Below, in pieces: positions 1 through 7,055 of a stretch of 38,094 bases of DNA. The translations under genes were made by a program, and so were the position numbers. The notes beneath the pieces are model-generated. The model was given only the letters and a program-made list of their open reading frames with translations. It searched no databases and was not told where the DNA came from. The DNA comes from Fibrobacteria bacterium (GTDB taxonomy: Bacteria > Fibrobacterota > Fibrobacteria > UBA11236), in assembly GCA_050486505.1 (NCBI GenBank), contig JBJHDK010000017.1, forward strand, positions 1-38,094, in the 5' to 3' direction. Each line of letters begins with the position of its first letter. The stretch's first letter is position 1.

Positions 1-560
1 TCCGTTCCACGGCAATTTCGCTGATGATTTTCTCGGGCGTGGCGTTGTCGTTCGCGGGGGGATTCCTGCTGTTGTGGTTGTACGGGTTCGCGGGATTCAT
101 GGACTTCTCCGTGTTCGGTGTGAACCTGCGCGAGTTGTTCCAGATCCGCCCCTACAACCTGAGCGTGGCGGTCTGGGTGGGGTTCATCGCGCTGTTCGGG
201 ATCGCCGTCGACAACGGGGTGGTGATGGCTGCGTATTTGCGGCAGAGCTTCGCCCGGCTGCGTCCGGCGAATATGGCGGCGGTGCGCGCGGCGGTGGTCG
301 ACGCGGCGTTGAAGCGCGCGCGGCCCTGTTTGATGACGACGGCGACGACCTTGCTGGCATTGCTGCCGGTGCTGACATCGCGGGGGCGGGGTTCCGATAT
401 CATGGTGCCGATGGCGATCCCCGCGTTCGGGGGGATGCTGCTGGCGTTGTTGACTTTGTTTTTGGTGCCGGTGTTGTATGCGCTGGTGGAAGAGCGAAGG
501 TTGTTGCGTGCGCCATCCGGCGATCCGGTTGATCCGGTTTCAGGGGAGGTGGAGTCATGA
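1..560 (+). CDS. cusA: CusA/CzcA-family heavy-metal RND efflux permease, C-terminal part (5' truncated by window)
   Basis: Motifs SVAVWVGFIALFGIAVDNGVVM, RARPCLMTTATTLLALLP and GSDIMVPMAIPAFGG are typical of CusA C-terminal TM helices; followed by TolC and adaptor genes. Confidence 0.9.
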   Translation, partial: RSTAISLMIFSGVALSFAGGFLLLWLYGFAGFMDFSVFGVNLRELFQIRPYNLSVAVWVGFIALFGIAVDNGVVMAAYLRQSFARLRPANMAAVRAAVVDAALKRARPCLMTTATTLLALLPVLTSRGRGSDIMVPMAIPAFGGMLLALLTLFLVPVLYALVEERRLLRAPSGDPVDPVSGEVES

Positions 561-2257
561 GAAACCTGTTTGATGAGATCCGGTTTGGTGGCGGAGAGTC
601 CGCCAAGTTTGTTCGTACTAAAGGCGGCTGCGCTTCGCAAGCATTCCTCCACGGCGGTCGAAGGGCTGTCCGATGCTCGCCGCCTTTCCGTGCGAACAAG
701 TCTTGCCGTCCTCCCTGGATACTGGATGCGATCACGCATTCACGTCGCCCGATGCTTGCTCTTGTCTCACTCCTCTTTGCGGCCTTTGTGGCCATCTCCT
801 CCCCCTACGCGGCCGAGCATCCCGTTCTGCGCGGGTACATCACCGAGGCGCTGGCCAACAACCCCGCGCTCAAGACCGCAGAGGCGGAGCGGCGTGCGGC
901 GGGGGAGAAGGTGCGGCAGGCGGGCTCGTTGCCCGATCCCGAACTGTCCATCGGCATCTCCGTGCCGCCCATGGAACGCTTCATGGGCGACCAGGTCGCG
1001 AGCGTCTCCCTGATGCAAATGCTCCCCGCCTTCGGCACGCGCGTCGCGGCGAAGGAAGAGGCACGCGCGATGACCGCGATGCAAGGCGAAGTCCTGCGCG
1101 ACACGCGTGACCGGATCACGTTCGAAGTCAAGTCCGCATGGTATGAATTCTACGCGGTGACGCAGGATGCGCGTGCGGCGGAAGCGGATCTCGAACTCCT
1201 GCGCGCATTGGAACGCATCGCTCTGGAACGCTACGGTGCCGGGGATGCGGGGTCTGCGTCGCCCCGGCAGGGGATGCAAGGTTCCGGCGCGGGCGGAGCG
1301 TCCGGTGCATCCGGTGCGTCCGCATCGGCATCGAGCGGCATGGCGGGAATGACCGGCATGGGAGGAGCGGGGGGGACGCCTTCGGGTTCGCCCTCCGCCG
1401 GGGGAACGTCGGGATCGGCCACCGGGATGGGTGGATCGATGGGCGGCGGCGCGATGTCCTCCGGCTCCGGCATGGCGGAACTGATGCGTCTGCGGCTCGA
1501 CATTCTCGAAGCCGAGGATGCCCTGGAGCGCCGCCGTGCCGACACACGCGTTGCGGCGATGCGCCTGAACCGGTTGTTGGGTCGCGACGCGGGTGATGCC
1601 ATCGAGGCCCCGGATAGTATGCGGATGGCGGAGATTTCCCCCATTCAAAACATTTCGACCGATCCGGAAGGTCTGGACAATCCAGACAGTCCGAACAATC
1701 CGGACATTACGGACAACCACCCGATGTTACGCATGCTGGAAGAAGAGTCGCGCGCGGGTGCTGCGATGGAGAAAATGAATCGCCGCATGGGTCTGCCCAT
1801 GATCGGCGTGGGGGTGCAGTACGACTGGCTGCGTGAGCGCGAAGGTGGCATGGGCGCGGCCCCGGGCGGCAACATGTTGATGCCGATGGTTTCGGTGAGC
1901 CTGCCCATCTGGCGCGGGAAATATTCCGGTGCGGTGCGCGAGGCATCGTTGCGGCGTGAGGCGGTCGAGGCGATGCGCGTCGATGCGCGCGCGGACCTGC
2001 GCGTCCAGTTGGAGGAAGCACGTCGCGATCTCGACGATGCGCGTCGGCGGGTGGCCTTGTCGGCCGCGCGCGAGGAGGTCACGGTTTCGTTGCGTGACAT
2101 CACGGCCGCACGCCAGGCCGCGGGCGAGGGGAGCGCGGAGCAGTTGCTCGAAGCGGAGCGGGAGTTGATGGAAGCGCGGAGACGCATTGCGCGTGCCGTC
2201 GCGGAGTATAACATCGCGGTCGCCCGGTTGGAGCGACTGACGGGAGGTGCACGATGA
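557..2257 (+). CDS. TolC-family outer membrane efflux protein (CusC-like); start at 557 (ATGA overlap with cusA stop) or in-frame ATG 752
   Basis: ALANNPALK, SLPDPELS, VSLMQMLP, VSVSLPIWRGKY and ARLERLTG motifs of OEP domains; hydrophobic signal-like segment after M66. Confidence 0.88.
   Translation: MRNLFDEIRFGGGESAKFVRTKGGCASQAFLHGGRRAVRCSPPFRANKSCRPPWILDAITHSRRPMLALVSLLFAAFVAISSPYAAEHPVLRGYITEALANNPALKTAEAERRAAGEKVRQAGSLPDPELSIGISVPPMERFMGDQVASVSLMQMLPAFGTRVAAKEEARAMTAMQGEVLRDTRDRITFEVKSAWYEFYAVTQDARAAEADLELLRALERIALERYGAGDAGSASPRQGMQGSGAGGASGASGASASASSGMAGMTGMGGAGGTPSGSPSAGGTSGSATGMGGSMGGGAMSSGSGMAELMRLRLDILEAEDALERRRADTRVAAMRLNRLLGRDAGDAIEAPDSMRMAEISPIQNISTDPEGLDNPDSPNNPDITDNHPMLRMLEEESRAGAAMEKMNRRMGLPMIGVGVQYDWLREREGGMGAAPGGNMLMPMVSVSLPIWRGKYSGAVREASLRREAVEAMRVDARADLRVQLEEARRDLDDARRRVALSAAREEVTVSLRDITAARQAAGEGSAEQLLEAERELMEARRRIARAVAEYNIAVARLERLTGGAR
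578..720. repeat. Imperfect long palindromic element within the 5' end of the TolC gene
   Basis: 609-628 TTGTTCGTACTAAAGGCGGC pairs with 679-699 GCCGCCTTTCCGTGCGAACAA; inner AGCAT/ATGCT arms; weaker outer pairing. Confidence 0.55.
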
Positions 2258-4071
2258 AGGCATGGATGCAGGATCGCAGGATCCAGGTCGTGGTGGCGTT
2301 GTTGCTCGGGCTGTTGCTCGGTTGGGCGGTCACGGGACGCGGCGGGGATGATCATACCCACGATGCCTCGCTGGATGCGGACATGATCGCAGCGGAGTCC
2401 GTGTGGACGTGCTCGATGCATCCGCAGATCCGCGAGAATCGCCCGGGCAAATGTCCGCTGTGTGGCATGGATCTGATTCCCGTCTCGGCGCGTCGAGGTT
2501 CCGGTGCGGCGTTCGATCCGTCCACGTACCGCATGTCGCCCGAGGCTGCGGCGTTGGCGCAGGTGCGCACGGCGCGGGTCGAGCGCGCGCCCTCCGAACG
2601 CACGGTGGAGTTGAACGGGCGCGTGACGGCGGATGAGCGCACGGTGCGCACGATCACCGCGGAGTTCTCCGGCCGTGTCGAACGCTTGCATGCGGACTTC
2701 ACCGGGCAAACCGTGCGCGCGGGCGAACCCCTGTTGTCGCTGCATTCGCCCGAATTGCTGGCGGCGCAACGGGAACTGCTTGAAGCCGCGCGCCTGCGCG
2801 GGACGCATCCGGCCTTGCACGCCGCGGCGCGCGAACGCCTGCGGCAATGGGGAATTTCCGACGTACAACTCGACGCCGTCGAGCGCTCCGGAGAACCGCA
2901 GTCCGCGCTCGATGTGACGGCCCGCACGGCGGGCACGGTGCTGGAACGCAGGGTGTCGGTCGGCGATTATGTGGGACGGGGGGACGCCCTGTTGACCCTT
3001 GCCGATCTGGGGCGCGTGTGGGTGGTGTTCGATGCGTATGAGGGCGACCTTGCCTGGCTGTCGCGGGGGGACTCGTTGACGTTCACCGTGTCCGGGGTTC
3101 CCGGGCGAACCTTCCGCGCCGCCGTGTCTTTCGTCGATCCCGTCGTGGGCGCGCGCGCGCGCGCCGCGCGGGTCCGCGTGGAGTTCGACAACCCGCGCGG
3201 CGTCCTCAAGCCGGAGATGTTCGCGCGCGCGATCGTGCGCGGCCGTGCGGTCGCGGCGGACGTCGAGGACATGGTGCGCGTGCCTGCCTCGGCGGTGCTG
3301 TGGACCGGTCCGCGCTCCGTGGTGTACGTGCGGGTCCCGGATGAGGAGGATCCCGTGTTCGCGCTGCGCGAAGTGACGCTCGGGCCGCGTGCGGGGGATC
3401 ACTGGTTCATTGCCGAAGGGTTGGAGATAGGCGAAGATGTGGTCGTTCACGGCGCCTTCGCGGTGGATGCCGCGGCGCAACTGGCGGGGCATCATAGCAT
3501 GATGGCGCGGCCATCAGACGCTTCGATGCCTGAACTGGTGGAGCTTCCGGAGGCGTTCCGCTCCGCCTTTGCGCGCGTGGTGGATCGTTACCTCGACTGG
3601 AAAAGCGCGCTGGTGGCGAGCGATGCCGCGGCGGCCCGACGGTATGCCGGATCCCTGCACGGCGCGGTGGATGCTCTGGACGTGTCTGCCCTTTCGGGCC
3701 GGGCTCTGGAAGTGTGGCGCGAGCACGGGAGCGACTTCCATCGCGCCGTATCCCGCGCCGCCGCGACCGGGGACCTGGAGGAGTCGCGCGCTCACTTCCA
3801 GTCCGCCTCGGACGCGTTGATCGCGCTGCTTGAGCGCACCGGATCGCCGCGCGCCGGGCTGCACGTCGACTGGTGCCCGATGGCCGACGACGACCGGGGA
3901 GCCTTCTGGATCAGCGCGGAAGCCGAGCTCTCGAACCCTTACTACGGAGACGCGATGCTGCGCTGCGGCGAACGGCAGCGTGCAATCCCTGAAGCCGGAG
4001 GAGCCGCGGCCCCCTCGCCGTCGCGCGACCACCCGCGCACCCCGTCAGGACACGAAGGACATGTGCATTGA
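2254..4071 (+). CDS. cusB: CusB-like RND periplasmic adaptor with N-terminal heavy-metal-binding domain and C-terminal DUF3347-like domain
   Basis: WTCSMHPQI...PGKCPLCGMDL; SPELLAAQRELL; LKPEMF; C-terminal WCPMA...W...NPYYGDAMLRCG; His-rich tail GHEGHVH. Confidence 0.9.
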   Translation: MKAWMQDRRIQVVVALLLGLLLGWAVTGRGGDDHTHDASLDADMIAAESVWTCSMHPQIRENRPGKCPLCGMDLIPVSARRGSGAAFDPSTYRMSPEAAALAQVRTARVERAPSERTVELNGRVTADERTVRTITAEFSGRVERLHADFTGQTVRAGEPLLSLHSPELLAAQRELLEAARLRGTHPALHAAARERLRQWGISDVQLDAVERSGEPQSALDVTARTAGTVLERRVSVGDYVGRGDALLTLADLGRVWVVFDAYEGDLAWLSRGDSLTFTVSGVPGRTFRAAVSFVDPVVGARARAARVRVEFDNPRGVLKPEMFARAIVRGRAVAADVEDMVRVPASAVLWTGPRSVVYVRVPDEEDPVFALREVTLGPRAGDHWFIAEGLEIGEDVVVHGAFAVDAAAQLAGHHSMMARPSDASMPELVELPEAFRSAFARVVDRYLDWKSALVASDAAAARRYAGSLHGAVDALDVSALSGRALEVWREHGSDFHRAVSRAAATGDLEESRAHFQSASDALIALLERTGSPRAGLHVDWCPMADDDRGAFWISAEAELSNPYYGDAMLRCGERQRAIPEAGGAAAPSPSRDHPRTPSGHEGHVH

Positions 4072-4080
4072 TACAGTGAA

Positions 4081-4169
4081 CCGTAAGGGCGACCTGCCGG
4101 GTCGCCCGATGATCGACAACAAACCCCGTAAGGGCGACCCGCCGGGTCGCCCGAACATCAATAAACCCC
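4081..4169 (+). repeat. Two tandem ~45-bp units, each with a REP-like hairpin (CCGTAA GGGCGACC-YGCCG-GGTCGCCC)
   Basis: 4081-4107 and 4126-4152 match at 26 of 27 nt; each has GGGCGACC/GGTCGCCC arms preceded by GTAA. Confidence 0.8.
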
Positions 4170-4182
4170 AAAGGAGCACCCC

Positions 4183-4665
4183 ATGAAAACCCAAACCACC
4201 ACCACAATCCTGACCATGGCCCTCGCGGTCATCGCCTTCGCCCTCGCAGGTTGCAAGAAGGAGGAACCGGACGCAGGCGCGACGCACGACGCGCAGGCGA
4301 TGCACGCAATGCACGAAATGCACGCAAAGCATTCGCTCGACGCGATGATCGATCCGCCCGAGGGTTCGGCGCCCTACGCGGGGTTGCGTCCCGTTGCGGC
4401 GGACCGCGTGTGCATGGTCAACGACCAGGTGTTTTCCGATCCGCAGATTCCCGTGGTGGTCGACGGGAAGACGTACTACGGGTGTTGCCCCGCCTGCGAG
4501 GCGATGCTCGAGCGGGATCGCGGCATGCGCATGGCGGTGGATCCGGTGACCGGTGAGGAGGTGGACAAAGCCACGGCGGCCATCGGGGCATTTTCGGACG
4601 GAAGCGTGCTGTATTTCGCCAGCGTTGAGAATCGGGACGCCTTCGATCCCGCGACGATGCGGTGA
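4183..4665 (+). CDS. TRASH/YHS-type metal-binding lipoprotein
   Basis: Lipobox LAGC; His/Met-rich HDAQAMHAMHEMHAKH; VCMVND...GKTYYGCCPAC...DPVTGEEVDKA; AAAGGAG SD upstream. Confidence 0.75.
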   Translation: MKTQTTTTILTMALAVIAFALAGCKKEEPDAGATHDAQAMHAMHEMHAKHSLDAMIDPPEGSAPYAGLRPVAADRVCMVNDQVFSDPQIPVVVDGKTYYGCCPACEAMLERDRGMRMAVDPVTGEEVDKATAAIGAFSDGSVLYFASVENRDAFDPATMR

Positions 4666-4761
4666 GGTTGCGTCAGGATCGGGAAGAGCCGGAAATGTAA
4701 CGCGTCAGGCCGCCTTCGCCTTCCGGCGGCGGGGCGCCCCCCCGTTCTATCTTTGCTCACC

Positions 4762-5847
4762 GTGAATACCCGCAACATCCTCGACCATGCCGTTTCGGGC
4801 GGTCGGCTCGAACCCGCCGACGCCATCGCCCTCCTGAACAGCGACGACTGGACCTCGATCGTCGCCGCCGGGCACGCCCGCCGCAACGCACTGCACGACC
4901 CCAAGGTCGTCAGCTACACCGGCTTCCGCGTCATCAACTACACCAACTTCTGCGATGTCGACTGCACCTTCTGCAGCTTCAAAGACGAAATCGAAAGTGA
5001 TCGGGGGTACACGCTCTCCCTCGACGAGATCTCGGCCAAAACGGAGGAGGCCCTGGCGCTGGGGGTGGACCAGATATTCTTCCAGGGTGGGGTGAACCCG
5101 AAGTTGCCGTTGTCCTACTACACCGAGGCCTTTTCGATGCTGCGCGAAAAGCACGGCGTGGCCATTCGCGCGTTGTCGCCCATCGAGTTGAAGCGCCTCG
5201 CCGAGAACATCGCGATGCCGCTGCCGGAACTCCTGCAAACCCTCAAGGCAGCGGGAATGGGATCGGTTCCCGGAGCGGGAGCCGAGATTCTCACGGAGCG
5301 CATGCGCGACGTGCTGTCCCCCAAAAAACTTTCCGGTGCCGACTGGTGCGCGGTGATGGGTGAGTGTCACAAGGCGGGGCTTCCCGGTTCATGCAACATC
5401 GTGTTCGGCTCCGTGGAAACGCCGGAGGACATCGTGGAGCACCTGACCTTGCTACGCGACCAGCAGGACGCGACCGGAGGGTTCCTGTCCTTTATCCCGT
5501 GGGTGTTCCAGGCGCAGACCAAGCGCTTTCCGATTCGCCATGTGACTGGGCGCGAGTACCTGCGCCTGCTGGCGGTGTCGCGACTGTTCCTCGACAACAT
5601 CCCGAACATGGAAGTGTCGGTGATGGTCATGGGCCGCGAACTGGCGGAGCTGGGCCTCACTGCAGGCGCGAACGACATCAACTCGATCGTGATCGAGGAG
5701 AACGTGTTGCGGTCGTATGGACTGAAGACGCTGAGGGCCGCGGAGCGGTTCATCCGCGAGGCGGGGTTTGAGCCCGCACGGAGAACCATGAACTACGAGT
5801 TCGGGCGGTATGCGGAGAAGGCCGTGACGTCGGGAGTCGGGAGTTAA
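4762..5847 (+). CDS. mqnC: CofH-family radical SAM protein, probably cyclic dehypoxanthinyl futalosine synthase (futalosine menaquinone pathway)
   Basis: INYTNFCDVDCTFCSF (CxxxCxxC), QGGVNP, SVPGAGAEIL, FLSFIPW, GAND...EENV; GTG 4762 preferred to TTG 4753 because a -10 box lies at 4748-4753. Confidence 0.75.
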   Translation: MNTRNILDHAVSGGRLEPADAIALLNSDDWTSIVAAGHARRNALHDPKVVSYTGFRVINYTNFCDVDCTFCSFKDEIESDRGYTLSLDEISAKTEEALALGVDQIFFQGGVNPKLPLSYYTEAFSMLREKHGVAIRALSPIELKRLAENIAMPLPELLQTLKAAGMGSVPGAGAEILTERMRDVLSPKKLSGADWCAVMGECHKAGLPGSCNIVFGSVETPEDIVEHLTLLRDQQDATGGFLSFIPWVFQAQTKRFPIRHVTGREYLRLLAVSRLFLDNIPNMEVSVMVMGRELAELGLTAGANDINSIVIEENVLRSYGLKTLRAAERFIREAGFEPARRTMNYEFGRYAEKAVTSGVGS

Positions 5848-5924
5848 TGGGCCGACGAGGTTGTGGGAAGTTTTATCGGCAGAACATTTCAGGCTCACGA
5901 CTCTCGACGCGCGATTCGCCTGAT

Positions 5925-6302
5925 TCAGACGCGTCGCTTGACGAATGAGAAGTACGCGAATCCGAGAATCAGGAAGCCGTGAATGATGACGGACACCCAG
6001 CCCATCGAATTTGCCAGTCCTGAGAGAATCGCGCGGATTGCCACCACAAGCATGATGAAATTGGCCAAAAGTCCTCCCAGCAGGATTCCGGACATTGCGG
6101 AAGAATCCGCGGCAGCTCTGGATAACCAGTAGGTAAGAGCAAGGCCAAGCAAGACGGCACTTAAAAATTTTGCCATGAGCATCCCGGAGTAGGTCAGGCT
6201 CATGCCGTACATCGCCATGAATGAAGGCGCGGAAAAGAGCAGGGCAATGCCGAAGACGGCGGCGAGAGTGGCTGCGATGGTCAGGAAGACACTGCGTTTC
6301 AT
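5925..6302 (-). CDS. Small four-helix membrane protein, function unknown
   Basis: Four hydrophobic segments; AAAGGA SD; visibly more AT-rich than neighbours. Confidence 0.75.
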   Translation of the reverse strand: MKRSVFLTIAATLAAVFGIALLFSAPSFMAMYGMSLTYSGMLMAKFLSAVLLGLALTYWLSRAAADSSAMSGILLGGLLANFIMLVVAIRAILSGLANSMGWVSVIIHGFLILGFAYFSFVKRRV

Positions 6303-6446
6303 GGGTATTCCTTTGATGGTGTGGATGTGCCGCCCTGGAAAGGGGGGCGCGGCATCGTTAACCTACCGCAATATGGCTCTGAGTGTCTTGTCTTTTTGTG
6401 ACGAATCGCTATGGACTTTCAGGGACTTTTGGGGAAAGCCGCAAAT

Positions 6447-7055
6447 TCAGGGGCTTTGAGTGGCCGTAAGCCGTTCCCAGATCTCATCGACTTTGGAGCG
6501 TAACTCGTCCTCACTCCCCGTGTTCTCGATCACGAAATCGGCGAAGGGACGCTTCTGCTCCTCCGGCATCTGCGCCTGCACTCGGGCTTCGGCGGCGGGG
6601 CGGGGGAGACCCGTGCGGGCCATCAGGCGTTCGATGCGCAAGGGCTCGGGCGCGGTGACCAGGATCAGAAAATCGAGTTCGGGGCGCATGCCCCATTCCA
6701 CGATCAGGGCCGCGTCGAGCACTACCCGGTTCATCACCCGTCGCGCGGAAAGAACCTGCTCGCGCACCGCCGCCAGCAAGTGCGGATGCACGAGCCGATT
6801 CAGGGTGTCGAGCGCCTCGGGATCGGAGAAGACGCGTTCACCCAGCCGCGCGCGGTCAAGCGTTCCTCCGGCGAGAAGGACGTCTTCGCCGAACTGCCGC
6901 GCGATCTCGCGCACCAACGCGGGCTCGGAGTCGTAGAGCGCGTGCGCGGTGCGATCCGCATCGACCAGCGCGCAGCCCTTCTCGCGCAGCATTTCCGCCA
7001 CGAGACTTTTACCCGAGCCGATGTTGCCGGTGACGCCGATCGTCAGCTTCGTCAC
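6447..7055 (-). CDS. coaE: Dephospho-CoA kinase
   Basis: IGVTGNIGSGKS P-loop, DAD, LDRARLG, VHP, ADFVIENTG; GTG at 7055 overlaps the polA stop. Confidence 0.95.
   Translation of the reverse strand: MTKLTIGVTGNIGSGKSLVAEMLREKGCALVDADRTAHALYDSEPALVREIARQFGEDVLLAGGTLDRARLGERVFSDPEALDTLNRLVHPHLLAAVREQVLSARRVMNRVVLDAALIVEWGMRPELDFLILVTAPEPLRIERLMARTGLPRPAAEARVQAQMPEEQKRPFADFVIENTGSEDELRSKVDEIWERLTATQSP

Noticed and set aside
4081..4169. Possible mini CRISPR array
   Set aside because: Only two units, ~18-nt spacers that resemble each other, and no cas genes; REP-like hairpins fit better.
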